This document shows, piece by piece, positions 23,423 through 38,300 of a DNA stretch of 64,000 bases. The stretch lies in the NCBI GenBank assembly GCA_965202585.1, contig OZ241826.1:85808001-85872000 (forward strand), in the 5' to 3' direction. The notes beneath the pieces were generated by a model, which was not told the origin of the DNA, did no database searches, and saw nothing but the letters and a program-made list of their open reading frames with translations. The DNA comes from Thalia democratica. Taxonomy: Eukaryota. The translations under genes were made by a program, and so were the position numbers. The number at the start of each line of letters is the position of its first letter. Position 1 is the stretch's first letter.

Positions 23423-26400
23423 TTAGTGCAGATAAGGTCTAAAAAGTTCAACCGGATCTTTCTTATCATGTATTGTTAAAGTTTCCTGTTTATTTGTTGC
23501 AAACTTATTTTCATTGCAAAAAGGTTCACATTTGGTTGACTCTTCAGCAATTTCTGATATTTTAGTTAAGGTTCCATTGATTGTTTGGTTTTTAACTTTA
23601 CGTCGCTTAGTAGATATTGAATCGGTTGAAAACGTATTTCCATACAAACCCGGGCACATTGGTGGGTAAAATCCATTAGAAGCGTAGTTGAGTGTATTAC
23701 CGTTCTGCTTAGTAGAATGGTGTCTTCTCATTTTCTCACTTTTTTGAAAGTTGTTACGGTTAGACCCATTTAGCATCGGTAAACTGAACTGCTGATGATT
23801 GAGAAACGTTGACAGATCACTAGTGGGCGTTGTTCGCTTCCTTGTTGTTGATTGGTCGTTATTTTTGTCATGGGTCTTCATATGGGATTTGAGGTTGTCT
23901 TTTCTGACGGAACTGTAGTCACAGTGAGGACATTTGTGGTCCTTTTTGCCCAGATGAATACGCATATGACGATGGAAATGATATAGTCTGAAAAAGATAA
24001 AAACACGTTTGACTTGGTGGTTTTTAAATAAGTATTAAAAAAATGAATAACAAAAACAATACTGATGGATGTAAACAACAACTTACTTTTACGAGAAAAC
24101 AGTTATTTTGTTTTAAAGTTTTATAAAGTTTAAAACTAAAAATTAACCTATATCAAGTTGTAAAATCTTAACAATACTTTTAATATTTTAGTTTCTCCTA
24201 TGTACAAAGTTGCTTATTTAAAAAATAAAAAAATTGCATTTTCAATTTTCTTAATTAATTTTTTGTACTAATTGTTATAACAAAACATTGATTCAAAAAG
24301 TTATACTGCTAAGATAAAAACAAAACAATTATTTGTATTAAACTTAGTTTTAAATTAAATGTAACAATATGAAAATAAATTTAAGCTAGAATTTTTGAGT
24401 TATAATTTTAAATTTTAATCTTAGATTTTTAAAATAAAAACCTATATATTGAAAACTTAAAACATATAAAAGTTTCCATTTATTTAACTTAAAAAAACTA
24501 GATTGAAAATCATACTGATTGTCTTGATTCTAAATACATTGATGTATCAAACCTTTTTATTCGTTTTTCACACAGTGGACATTTTATGTACATATTTTCA
24601 GGATCTCTGCCTCTCATTTCTTCTTTGACCTGATTAACTATCATTTCTGCTTGTTTTTCAGTTACAATGATCTGATTACTTGTTGAAGAAGATGAGTTAA
24701 TGTGATTAGTAGGTTTAAAGCGTTCTGTGACATTTGGTAGTCTAATTGAAATCACATTAGAAGAATTAATACTATACTGAGTTTTTGCTTGTTTTGATGT
24801 ACTAGCAGTTGAAGAAGGGTGCTTATTCTTTATGGCAAAACCATTGATAAGAGCTTGCATATGGTTTTTAATAATCTTTTTGTTAGTAGAAGAAGTAATT
24901 TGTATATCAGTATTATTGCCTACCGGTAGTTTATTAGTTTTCAAAAAGCTAAAAGTGTTTTTTGCCTTACTACAGTTTTTAAAACTATATCCTTTTTTAA
25001 TTTCTTTACTAGTTGTGTTGTTAAAATGTTTATTATTGTTGTGTATATTACAAAAGTTGTTGTAGTTATGACTTATATTTGGTTGATTAAGAAAAGTCCT
25101 TTGATTGTTGTTTATGGCATTACATCTTTTTTGTTGCATAAATCCGTTAGCAAAATGTTGCTGATGCTGTAGATTACTGTTGTATTTTAACTTATTCTGA
25201 GCAAATATGTAAGCAGCATATAGCATTTGTTGTCTTCTTTGATTGTAAAAATTATTGAGATAAACTAATCTCATTTGAGACTCGTACAAAGCTCGCATTC
25301 TTGGATTGGCTGAAGGAAACTGTTGCAAGTGATTCATTTGTTGATGGTAGCCATTTGTTTGTTCATTAATAACTGGTTTCTGTTGCATTTTTAGCCAGTT
25401 TTCAAGAATTTTTTCGTTTGATACGTTGTCAACTTCTGTTGAGTAAGTTCTTCTGAGATCTAAACGTTTTGTTACTTTAGACATCGATAATATTGATCAA
25501 TGCAAATTTTGCTAAACAGTTTTAAAGGTAAACTTTTAAGGCAAAAACGATAAAATATATGTCAAAAAAAATACAATTGCTTTATTACGTCATCAAAAAA
25601 GTAAAGTGCAGCAATATTTGCCAGGGAGATAAGATGTTTTGATGCAAATTATCGATTTATATTTGTTTAATAAACTGCCTAAAACTTTCCCGCGAATTTT
25701 GAAATATTACACTTAAACTGTAAACCTTATTAATCTGCTGAAATAAATGAAACTTATATTTTTTAATTAATTTTTGTCGATTTTTAAATAGAAACAAAAA
25801 ACCATTAAATACTCCCTTAACATCAAAACACTTAGAAAATATAAAACATCAAAATTCTCATCTAACCTTGAACTTCGGGTGTTTCTTTTATATCGTTGTC
25901 ATTACTGATAGCGTTTTTCATCACTTCTTTATGAGATAAGTTTTTCCAGTTTACCTAGAAAGGCAATAAAGTCGAATTTTAGGATAAAAAAGGGAGTTCA
26001 TTTAGTTGTCAAGGGCATAAAAAGTTTCCGTATAGTAATAGTTAAAAATTAAAGTTCTTTAATAAAACATTATTTTGACAATGCTTTAAAGCATTTTAAT
26101 GCTTTAAAAACAGTTAGTATTAATTAAAAAGTTTTATTAAAATATCTTTTTTATTTTTTATTTTAGAAATCAGTAGTTGAAGCTAACTGAAACTGCCTTC
26201 TATTTACAATTTTAAAATAGTTTAGTTCAAAATGATTGCAAAAAAAATAATTAAAATGAACCGATCGTTATAAAATCATAAAAAGTAAAGCTTGCTTAAA
26301 AACATAAACACCAAGGTTTATGATAAATTAAACATATACATTTTTTTTAAATCAACTAACACTTTATAGCTTTTACATACTATGTATAATGTGTAATTAT

Positions 26401-29400
26401 CACAGTTATTTTGTATAAAAATTCTTTTGGTAACTATTAAAATTAAAAAAAAAAAAATTTATCTATAACATCTTTGCAATCTCTTTATTTGGTATCTTTT
26501 AATTTTATGTAGTAAATATTTCTTTCATAATTACCTCATCTACAAACTTCTTTTCTTTCTTTGTGACGCAATTGTTTGATGACGTCATACTTTCGATTTC
26601 CGCTTCACTTGAAGAAGATCCCGTTTCGGAGTTTATTTTATTTTTAAGTGATGAAGTTTTATCTGATAGATATTGAGAAGTAATAATAACGTTTCGTAGA
26701 ATAATTGTGAAAACTGACAAAATAAATCACGATTTTTTATGTAAATATTTATCAAGTTTTATTCAAGTGTTATTTCACCCGACTTTATTAAAATATTCTT
26801 TTTGATAAAAGTCGCTGTAGAAAACTTGCTTATAAACATTTCAAGTGATAAAAATTACCGTATTTAATGTAAAAGGCCTGGAGTAAAAAGTTGCACAAAA
26901 TAAATATTTTAGTTCAAAAAATAAAAAGCACTATAGCAAAAAATTTTTTAAATATATATGTTTAGGTGTAAAATGAGAACATCATGCGATATAACCAAAG
27001 CTTGCTTAATGAAAAATAAAAAAAAAAGCAGCAACTAATAACTTATTAATACAGTTTGTACAGTAACTAAAAACTAAGATTTTATAGTATGCACGTTTCG
27101 AAAAAAAAAAAACTTAAAATAAAAAGTGAAACATCTAGATATAGTTGTAAAAAATGTTTCAATCATATATAAGAAGACTATAAAATTAAGTTTATAGCAA
27201 AAACAACTTATTAATATCTTTTTGATATTTTAAAAAAGTAATCGTTTCTTCTCAAGTTTTTAATGTCAAATTAAGGCCATAGGGGGGGGGTAAAACATGT
27301 TTTTTACAAGTTGATCTTATTTTATAGAGTTTTTTCTAAGCTTCAAGATGCTTTTTATCGTTTAAAAAATTCAATTTACGTTTTAAATATGACCAGTCAA
27401 AGTCGGGCTGCATTATAGGTTCCCTATTAAAAGGGAAAACTAAAACAGCGAAAAAAGACTTTTTCATTTAAAATCTATCTCCTTCTACCTTTTTCAAGCA
27501 ATCTTCTTCAAACTTTCACAGTCTAATATTTATACAATAATAAAAAAACGTTACTTTGAATTTAAAAAGATTTTTGTAAAAATATTTTTTTTTTGAAAAA
27601 AAAATCTTTTTTGTAAATGTTGAACCCCCCCTATGGCCTTAAACTAAAACCTGTTAACTATGTGTGAAAGTTGAGTTATTAAATAGCTGAAAGCGACTTA
27701 AGAAATCGAAGATAGATCAACTTTTCAATAGTCGAAAGGTAGAAATAATACGCTAAATAAAATCTCAAAACTGAGAAAAAAACAAGTAAGTGTAATGTTT
27801 TCAAATGAAAGTGTAAAAAACTAGATTGCAAAAAGAACCTGTTTTTTTTTTATAGATACTAGGTTTGTAAGTAGTGAAAAAATTCTTTACAGCGGAAACA
27901 CAAAAGTAGTTTATTAGCAAGCACCTGGTCAAATTTTGTTTCGATAGGAAAGACAATTTAAAGCTTCATTAACCACGTAATAATCGTATAACTTTGACGT
28001 CATAAAGTACATATGTGATCGGATGGGAGTTTGCTGGGAATATGTGTGAAAAGTTAAAATTCAATGCATTCAGGTGAATAAATTAATGGTTCTTGCTTTT
28101 ATTAAACAAAGTTGATACAAAATTTGTCATGTTTTAATAGATTAAAAACTAATGCTTAACAAAACTGCAATATTATAAAAATAGATAACTTAAATTGTTG
28201 TAATAGTTTTTAAATGCAACATGTATTTGTATGAAATGTATCAAATTTCAAATGTTTATTAAAGCCAGTAACTATTACACAGTGTAGTTGTAAAACTTTG
28301 GTTAACAACACTATACAAATGATTTAATTAGATGTTATTGTCTTACTTTTTGTCTATTGCTATTAACTTGTTTTATCAATATAATAGTAAACAAAATATT
28401 TACTGAGCCTTATACAGTTGGTATACAAAGAGTTATCGACATAAAAAGGAATAAATTGTTTACACGAAAAACATCGTGTTGTAGTTTAAAATTTTTAAAA
28501 TTAAATTTCAACAAAAAAAGCTTCAACAAACAATTGAATTTTTTTATTTTCTGTTTTGTGATATATTTTAGTTGAATTTATAACAGCTGTTAAAAAATGC
28601 AATTAATCATTTAAACTATTTGCTCCTAGCTGTTTTAATTGCCTCAAAACATTTATAAAAATGTTATGATTTATTAGCAAGCCGTGGGTTATATGAAAAC
28701 TCAGTAAACATGTAATTTAAATAAAAAATGCTTTGATTTTAGTCTTTCTTTTTACTTTAAAAAAATGTAAAATTTTAACTTCTCTTAAATAATATTACAA
28801 GTAAGTTTTAAATTAATGTAAACTAATATATTCCGAAAATGTAACGATAAGTTTTAAGACATAAAATTCATAAAAATTTTGTTTTTTATTTAAAATTATA
28901 AAGTATAGATTAACAAATGGTATATTTTACTTTTATTGAACAAAAAACATGTAAAACGCCACAAATCACATACTGGTATTTTATAAAGAGCTAACTATTT
29001 ACTTTTTTGTTTTTCAAATTTAACTCAGTAAGTCAAATAAGTTTACTTGTAACTTTAATATATGTGCGTTAACATAAATAGTAACACAAGAGATTTAACA
29101 TTAAGTCTACTTTAACTTCAAAAAGTAGTGTTAAGTAGAAAAAATGTTTATAGTAATTTTCTCATAAAGTTTTAAACAAATTGCCAAACAGAAGCAATCA
29201 TAAAGAAACGCATTTAAAAGTTATTTTCTACAATTATAATTGCAAATGACATGGTTTTTTTCAAAATAACAAATAACTGTAAACATTAAGAACCTAGTCA
29301 AGGTTTCACAAAATTTCAGTGTATGTTTACAATAGAATAAAGTTGTAAAATAGTACAACGCAAGCCCTCGAGCTTTAGCTTAAACTCAATAATGTTTTTC

Positions 29401-30782
29401 TAGAGTTAATAAAGACAAAAGTCTCATAGAGGTTGAGGTTTCTTTTCTTATATGACAATTAACAACTTTTTTTTTTGTATTTATTTTTGTGTAGTCTCTG
29501 CATATCTATTACAAAATGATTTAAATTAAATTTAATTATTAAAAAAATTTAAAGCATCTTAAATTATTTTTAATACTCTTAAAGACGGGTTATAGCTTTA
29601 ATTTTTTTTTGTTCTAAAGTAGTAGTTTAAAATACTAAACTATAAAATAAACTTACTTAAATTTTTGCTAAAACTCACTTAAAAAATTTTAAACTTTGAT
29701 AAATTTAGAAAAGAGCACAACTTTTTATAAATATATAAACAAAATAAGCTTCTTCAGTCTTAAAATAACTGTTTAAGAAAGTTATGTTTGATGATTTTCA
29801 AAAATAAATAACTTGTAAACAAAAACTATGTTTTTAGTAATCAAAAGTACTTTACTGTATAATAAACTCCCTTTAAAACTATTATTGTTATTTTAAAGCT
29901 TTCTATGAAATCTATTTAAATTTTTTACAATAAATTTTAGCTTTTAAATAAATTTTACTGAAACTAAGCTGAATAACGTCATTTAAGAGAAACTTATGGT
30001 TGTGTATGTACAAAAGTTTTCATATTTTTTCTGCAAAATAATACTATAAGTTTTTTTTTATACATGATCAACTATTTTAAGACGAAGGACAATTAAGTCA
30101 ACTAACTAAATTTTAAAATCAGCAATATTTTTTCTTTTATGAAATGTTGTTAAAATTGTATTGTTTTGTTTGTTTAAAAGTTGTTTAATAAAATAAGGCA
30201 ATGTTTTCATTCTATCTAATTTTTTAAGTTTTTAATTAAATTTTTATATGTAATTTCCAGTATTATTTAAATAATATACGTTGTCTAATTATTATCAGAC
30301 TAGTATACCTACTTCTTATTATATATGAATACTTAATTAACAATTAAAATAAATCTTAAACGTTTCCGTTCATTTATTTTTAACTCTCGAAAATTAGTTT
30401 AAAACAAATGTAAATTTCAAAAAAAAACCTACAACGTTTATAGTAATTTATGTGCAATACCTAGAAAGTTAGTACAATCATTTTATTAAAACTTCATTAA
30501 AAAAAATAATAGAAAATATTACTAAACCTGTTTAGTAAACGTAAGTAAAACATATTTTTTCTAACTCAATAAACGGAATATATTTTTATAGGGAAATGTT
30601 TTAAAGACATTTTTTTAAACGTGTTTTAAAATATTTTTTTGTTTTAGTTTACCTGATGATGAAGTCTCATTTAGTTGTGACGCCATATGAGGCAATTGAT
30701 TGGGTAGGCGTGACGTCATAACACAAACATTTTGCATCAAGTTTGGTATTTGCTTCGGTAGGTCCTGCTTAAATCTTGGCAT
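23423..30782 (-). CDS. ZF-C: two-finger C2H2 zinc-finger transcription factor, 605 aa; complement(join(23423..23987,24553..25459,25867..25954,26535..26662,30653..30782))
   Basis: Same exon architecture and phases as ZF-B. Exon 1 MPRFKQDLPKQIPNLMQNVCVMTSRL..., exon 2 DKTSSLKNKINSETGSSSSEAEIESMTSSNNCVTKKEKKFVDE, exon 3 VNWKNLSHKEVMK...(88 nt). Both fingers are identical in protein sequence to those of ZF-B. Ends LFRPYLH*. The exon-2 donor and exon-4 acceptor were chosen by phase and alignment. Confidence 0.82.
27275..27638. mobile_element. MITE with TTAA target-site duplication and GG..CC termini (Kolobok-like), 364 bp, in ZF-C intron 1
   Basis: TTAA|GGCCATAGGGGGGG... at the left end and ...CCCCCCCTATGGCC|TTAA at the right end (14-bp perfect TIR). 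No coding capacity. TTAA duplication with RR..YY ends fits Kolobok better than piggyBac (CCC..GGG). Confidence 0.8.
27916..27980 (-). promoter_or_regulatory. Intron-1 element II in ZF-C
   Basis: Homologous to 1631-1700; a perfect TGACGTCA lies next to it at 27995-28002. Confidence 0.55.
29362..29375 (-). promoter_or_regulatory. Intron-1 element I (AAGCTCGAGGGCTT) in ZF-C
   Basis: Exact 14-mer in the most divergent intact paralogue. Confidence 0.6.
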
Positions 30783-33700
30783 TTCGTATAAGAAAAGTTA
30801 CGTGTCTAAGAAAATAAAGATTGCAAACATTTTTTTAATATGAGTAAAATATGTATAAATTTTTAAAAGTTTTATCAAAGTTTAGAGTAAAAGTACTGAT
30901 AAAAATCAATTTTTTCTTAACTTCTAACAATTACGTAATATAGTGTAACAACATAATTATATATAACAATTATAAAACTTAACTTAAGTTCTTAGTTAAA
31001 CTAGCTACATTATGATAAGTAAACTGATTTGTTAATTAGCTTAAAAACTCTCTGTATACATGCCATATCTAAACAAATATATGTAGACCCTAATACAATT
31101 ATCATTTAATAGCTTTTTAATTTTATTTTTCAATTTTAGTACATGAACCATTCGAACCAAAAATAATTCAAATATATAGTTATATAACTTTGAAACAAAC
31201 AAAACACTATCTTAACTATGAAGCTCTTCTAGCCTAGATCAAATGTGAACTAACTAAGAACTTTCTTACAAAAAAGTGAGACGAGAAAAAAAGATAACTT
31301 TTTCTATCAAAATTCTCTGTTGCGCCTAAAAGTGACCAAATACTAATGTTTTAGTAACAATTTGTCACTTAAAGTAAAATTTTGTGTTAGATAATTATTA
31401 TTCTATTCTAAAAACAGAAAATTCAGCCTTTGCAACATTGTTACATAATTAATTTTATTTTTAAAAGGAAACATATATAGCCAACTACTTACAAACATAC
31501 AAAATCGGTCGTAATATTATATTTCATAAAATTATTAATAACCATAGCTATCTATTGAAGATAAAACAATATTCATTTACAAATTACAAAGTATTTATAG
31601 CTGTTCATTTAAATAAACTAGAAAGAGTTGAAATAAAACTTAATTGCAGATAGAGTAGCATTGACGAAATTATTGGTAAATCTATCTAATTTATTATGAT
31701 TATTCACGATTTAGTATTAAATTTAATAATTAATTAACAACCTCATCTATATTAACTTCTAATAATTTTAGTAGAGTATAACAATCAACAAATTTAATAA
31801 AACAAGTTAAATGCTTTTTTCAATTGTAATATAACTAATAATCAGATTATAATGTAGTTATTCAGTTTTAAAACTTAATCAACAGTATCAAAAAGATTAA
31901 AACGTTATTAAATTATTTTGTGTTTACAAACTTAGACTAAAAGTAATATTAAAAGGTTCTATTTAAGTTTGTTACTTGCTTTATAACTATACAATTAAGA
32001 AAAATAATTGTGTTTTAAGTTGTTTAAAAAGTGATACATAATAACCAAACTCATTTTTTAACTTTTTAAGTAAACATAATTTTCTTTAAATGAATCAAAA
32101 AACAACATTAGAGTGTTTTTTATCGAAACAAAATCTGAAACTATATTAAAGCAAGCTTGAAAAAATTATACAAAGTAAAGTTATTAAAAAAAAGTTAAAA
32201 TAGCACCTCAATATAACTTGTCATCAATTACTAATGCTTATCACTAAGGTCAATGCAACGCTTATTTCACATAAAAAACATAATAAACATTACAATAAAA
32301 TTTTCACTTAGTTCAACTAGTATGCAAAAAAATTCTGAAATCTATTTAAAAGAAATCTTATTAAATTTGATACTTCATTTTTTTTTTAAACTGCACAGCT
32401 CTAAAGTATTAAAAAAAGGCTACAAGTATACTAAACAAGTGTTTTATAACTACCATGTATGCTATCTAAAAAAAAATTGTAACTACAACAAACATTTATT
32501 TATGTCTATTTTTAGTTGTAGTTATGTTTATTACTGAGTACAAATTTATTGTTTCCAAGTTTTTCAACGTATGGCACATGATTAGTAAAAACAAAAAAAA
32601 TAAGTTCGTTTAACAACATTTGTTATACAATTAAACTTCTACTTAAAAGTTGATAACTTTTCAAATTAAGTAAACAGTATACAAAAACTATCTATTTTTT
32701 CATTTTATCAAATAACTTAAAAACTTACTTAAATAATCACTTTTGGTGTTAAAAACTGATGACTTAAAAAAAATACCAATAATAAAACACAGCATTTAAA
32801 ATGAAAACAAGTACTTCTAGCTAAAAAAAAGTGAATGTCAAACCCTTATAAAGCAGTTCAACTAAAACGTAAAACCACCTACTGTTTTTGTCCACCTACT
32901 CACTTTTTATTTTTGGTCATTGTATACAGTAACAAATTCTAGCGAGTAACTTATATTAGTTATGTATTAAGATTTTACTTTTGTTTAAAAAAATATTCTG
33001 TTAAAAAAAGTTCAACCTCAACTGTTCATTTTATTTACCTTGGTGATTAGTTTCTTTAGAAATTTAAGCTTTAATTAATGTAAAGAAATAGTTTAAATGA
33101 GTTTTGTAAACTTTGCTTCCAAACCTGTAGCATGATTGTCATATATTAATATACGTAGTCTAATTGAATTTAATTTTTTTTTATTATACGTTTTAAACAG
33201 TACTCTGAATTATTTAAAAAAGATAAAGAAGGTGTTTGATTGAAAACTCTTTATATCATATTAAATTAGACAAAGGAGTTACAAAACTTTGATCTTAAAT
33301 TTCTTAAAACTTTGCAAGCTTTGATTTCGCGCTTCTTATTTATAAGCATTTTAACATAATTTTTAGTTTATTTATTGTTTAAACTTTAGTTTTGTTTTTT
33401 AAGTAGTGGTAAATCAATTAACTTTGTTGTTTTCTGTGTTTAAAGTATGTTAGTTTTAAGCCTAAAGTAAAAGGTAGAGATTCAGTTGAAATAAAACACT
33501 TTTTGCCTTATTATATAGATATATTTAAGAAAAAGTATAACTATTATAGTTTAATCATTATTATTGTTATTATCAAACAAAATGGACTTTAGCCAGTTTC
33601 TGAGCTAAACGTAAATTTTGTTTTAATTAAGCTTCCTAAAGTGAAACGGTTTTCAAGTATTAAAATTATTTATTTAATTAAACAAAACTAAATATATTTA

Positions 33701-35296
33701 AACGATATTTAATGTAAAATATAAGCAATTTATTTTTCTAATATAAGTTAAATAGTTTTAGCTTTTAGTTTTCTAAAAACCGTTAATCTCATCAAACTTT
33801 GGAGAAAATTTTATTACTATTACTAAAGAATTTCTCCTAACATAGAAACAGCCAAATGATAAATTTAATTTTTTTTTGTTTCTCACTCCAAGGTTAGTTA
33901 GATAGTGTACATTAGACGGTTTGCAACTATTATACTACTTATGAACTTGCTTTTAATTTGATTAAACACCATGAAAATGATAAATAAACTGTTATGATTA
34001 ATTTGAGTTAAAATCACTTTTACTCAAACTTAAAACAGTTTATAAGTTTGCTTCAGTATAAATAAGTTAGAAAATTATTACATGAAAGTTATTATTTTTA
34101 ACATTTAAATTACTATTACAACTAAAAAAATTTTTTCTGTTATTACATTTTAATAATGGTAAAAATTAAATAGTTTAACTTTAACAAAAATGGTAAAGTA
34201 ACTTTACAGTATTTTCATAACTTTTATATTTTATATAGTTTTATAATTTTAATGAATGGCCTGTAACATTAATTGGCAAACATTATAAAACCTTTAAATG
34301 TCGTTTTCAAAGTTTAAGTTTTAAACATTTATGGTTAAACAAAAGGTAGTAACTTTTTTCTAAAAGCTTAGTAGTGCATGAAGATAATTTTGAAAGTAAT
34401 TAGGGTAGAACTTTATAAACGACTTTTGAAAAGCTAATGTGTTTACTACGGTAGTTAGTTCTGAATATTATTTTGTCATCAGTTAAATTTAGATCTGAAA
34501 TTTAAGCTATTGTCAAACCCCTTAAAAATAAAGGTTTCATCTTAATCTGTTTTAAATTTATCTAATTTTAAAGTTACTTGTTTATAAAATAATAATTTAT
34601 TGTGTTTTTATCTAAGAAATTCGTTAGTGCTTTCTACGTCATAATAACAAATCATAATTTTTCTGTTTACAAACATATAATTTTGAAACTCTTGCATAAA
34701 CCTTCTAAAATAGTAAAAAACTCATAAGGTTTTAGACAACCTACTTGTAATTATTACGATGATCTAAACTTTTTAAGTACAACTTAAACTAAAAGCTTCA
34801 TTTGAAAAAAACTTGTAAACATATCAATAGCAGATATCCTGATATACTAGATTTCTGTTGCTTAAATCGAACTGTATATACTTGGCAAGCTGTATGTCGT
34901 ACACAATTTAAGTATGATATTTTGATTGATCATTGCATTGAAAACTTGTTATATGCTTGAAGGTGTTACTTTTAAATGTTTTCTTATTTTTTATTACTAA
35001 TATTGATCACTAATACTGTTTTATTTATAACCTCTGATAATAAAATTATAGATAATATTTTTTAAATATCTTATTTTGGTTAAAAGAATTAATTTACTTC
35101 ATTATTTTATAATACTATGTATAAACTTTTATATATAATGATAGTTCTTTCAATAAATCGAGAATTTTTTTCTACTTTTTAGTACTTTTCTAACTGTAAC
35201 TAAATGTAAATGAGCTTTTAAATCAAGTTCAATTTACAGTTTAAACATTTGTTTCAAAAAAAAATTCCCTATTTTTATCAATTTTTTGATTGTTAG

Positions 35297-35357
35297 GTGG
35301 TTAATGATGCTTTAAATTATCTTTCCAAACAGAACATATTCTGACCAGGTGTTTGCT
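35297..35357 (+). promoter_or_regulatory. Orphan copy of intron element II with no recognisable exons nearby
   Basis: GTGGTTAATGATGCTTTAAATTATCTTTCC...GACCAGGTGTTTGCTA; a TTCCCACA lies at 35432. Confidence 0.5.
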
Positions 35358-38300
35358 AATAAGCTTTATTTTATTACCATCTCGGATAACTGTCAGAAAA
35401 ATATTGTTGTAAAACTTTAAGCAGCTTATTATTCCCACATCTCAAATGTGATTTTTTGAAGGTTTTGTTACTCATTATTTTGTAATCTTAAAATAAATCG
35501 CATAATTAAGATCTATTACCAAAATGGTTACAGATAAGTAGTTACTGTATTTAAATCAATAGTTATTTCTGTAATTTCAATCAAGTTTTAATTTAAAAGT
35601 AGTTAGGCAGCTTCTTAAGTCTACATACTAGATAATATTTTTTATAGATAATGGGTTATATTAAAAAAATCTTAAACCGCTGTATTTTGTAGAGTTATAC
35701 ACAAAACGATTAAACATTTTAACCAATAAAAAAATATTGTTTAAAAGTGTAGGTCTAGTTTAATCAAAATCAAAACATGCAATGTAATATTTTTTTACCG
35801 AGTATATATTTTGCGTACAAGTAGCGGGCAGTCTGTTAAAGTTTCAAAACATAGGTTTAAAACACAGTTTAAAACAAGTTTAAAGTATACAACTAGTTAT
35901 AAAATAAGTTATTTAACTTTCAAACTATTTTTTTTTAATCAAATTAAAAATAACCTTTAAAATCGATGTACATATAGTAAATGCATATGTATAGAAAAGT
36001 AAGTTTAATTCTTACTTTTATGTAAAATTTAAATACTTTTTTTAGTTGACAAAAATACTCTAACTAAATTAGTATTATTGTTTTACGTAATAGATATAAA
36101 AAATTGTTAGTGCTAGACAGTGTCAAATTTTTATTGTTGATCAAAATACCTTCACAAGTAGCGCTTAGTTTTACGGATATTTAAGAATAGTTAACTGGTC
36201 CGATAATCTGTTAATTGTAAGCTGCACTTCAATTATGTTTTTGACCAAATTAGATTGTTAGATTGTTAGAATATTAAGTAATGTTTACTTCTTTTAAGTT
36301 TGCTAAGTTTTAAATTTATTAAATTCAGTTAAGACTTTGACAAAAAATAGATTACATTTTTATCAAGCAACTGTTGATTCACAAGTTAAAAGACCGTCTA
36401 AAGTAGTTTAATACACCCAAAGCTCATGCAATTTTATAAACTTCAACGCAATTAAACATCTTTTTGACTATAAACCAACCCGTTATTATCAATAATATAA
36501 TAAATAAACAAATAACAGGCGGATAAGTTTTTTTACGCAGTTCATATCATTTCTTTATACTTTTGTTAAATAAATATGACAATTAAAACACTAACACCTA
36601 ACGTTTTAAAAAGCTAGTGGTACAATAGCTGAAGAGAGGATTACAGGAAGTCAATAATTTAGAACAGAAGTTCGTATTACCCTCAAAAACAATTAAATCA
36701 CGTCACTTGATTATATGACGTAATAGAGCAATTGTATTTTGATCGATAAGTTTTATATTATCCATTGCCTCAGGGGTTGATTGTACTTTAACTCTTTAGA
36801 TATTTACTCATAAAACTTTAGATTAAACTCTCATACCGTTCGATAACATATATTTATCTTTTTTATAAATTTAAGTATAAAGTATAATATCTCAACAAAA
36901 ATTTAATTTATAAAAAAAATTATTAGTGTTTGAAAGGTATAATACGATTATATTTTCTACGATATTTTATAAAAGTTCTAGTTTATATAACTTTTTACCT
37001 TAATATAGTATTGTAATTCATACAAGAAATAAAGTAGTACACTTTGTAAAAAAAATATTTTAATGTAGTAATTTAAAAGACGTTTTCTACTTACAATTTT
37101 TTTTAATTTTATTATGCGTTAAATAACATTTAAACTGTTATAGTACTACACTTTGAAAAATAATTTGTTTACACGGTATTTTATAATACTTTATCACCTA
37201 ATAATGTTACTTTAAACAAGACAATCTACATATAAAACTCAAACACTTCAAGTTAATAGAAAATTAGATATTTTGCAGATATTAAAATGCAATAGCACAA
37301 TAGTTTTTTGATAAGTTAGTGTTTAGTTGTAGCACTTAGAACTGACATACTTTAACTAATCGTTACTAATTTCTTAGAATAAACTTTGTCATTTGACAAG
37401 TATTATAAACTTAATGCAGCCCTTTTGTTATCGTAAACAGTCTTCGTGTGAAGTAGCAACCACACAAGGTGACTTCAATTGTTATTTTGATAATGTTACA
37501 GTTGATTTTTTCTTTCAGCAGTTAATGAAATATTTACTTTAGGTAAACGTGGTTAAAATTGATGTTTTCTAGCACATTTTAAATAGTTTGAACTATATAA
37601 TTAAAAATTGATCATTAATAATATACTTTCAATTTCTAAAAATTGAATTTTAAGTAAAATCTTACTAAAACTTTCTTTTTGAATGAGAAATTAAATCTTA
37701 TATACTAGTTTATGATCTTTTATTCGAATAGCTAAAAAATTTACAAACATTAGTAATAAAGTGTTATGGTAATGTAAGTAATTAGAATAATTGTTTTGTT
37801 TAGTTATCAACTATATTTAAAAGTGATATAATATTCTAAATAAACAACTTTACTATTAAAAAAAAATATTTGTTGAAAGAATTTGTATCTTTTTTTGTTC
37901 ATATTAATTAAGAATAGTTTAAAAACTTTAACGAAAAATTAACAAAATATTTTTTTCATTACGTAAATTTAATGTTTAATTAAGCTAGTTTAGATAAATT
38001 ATTCGTTTTACGTAAATTGTAAATTAAATAACTACTTTTCAATTTATTTTCTTGATATAAGATGCATAGAAAAATTCCTTATTAATCAGCTTTTGTTAAC
38101 TATAATGAACTTTGTCATTTGACAAGTTTTATAAACAATTGCAGCCCCTCTGTCTTTTTAAGATTAGCATTTGAATTTTAAAACCTCGAAATTAAAATGC
38201 TCATTGTTTACGATAGTCATTGGTCTTATTAAAAATTTACTTAAAATTTTTTTGTACGCTCGTAAAAAATAAATGTGTGTGTTTTTTTTTTATTTAATTC

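Noticed and set aside
16300-26720. Track ORFs 16300..16494, 24510..25484 and 26505..26720 as stand-alone genes
   Set aside because: Each contains a real exon but runs into introns; the track starts and stops are not the biological ones.
18949-32537. Short track ORFs at 18949, 19794, 28357 and 32253
   Set aside because: Same compositional artefact; homologous DNA in the other arm (e.g. 41190-41310) shows no conserved frame.
36690-36750. Possible decayed exon 2 (ATG ACG TAA TAG AGC AAT TGT) of a lost central gene
   Set aside because: Similarity covers only about 20 nt, with no supporting acceptor or flanking match.
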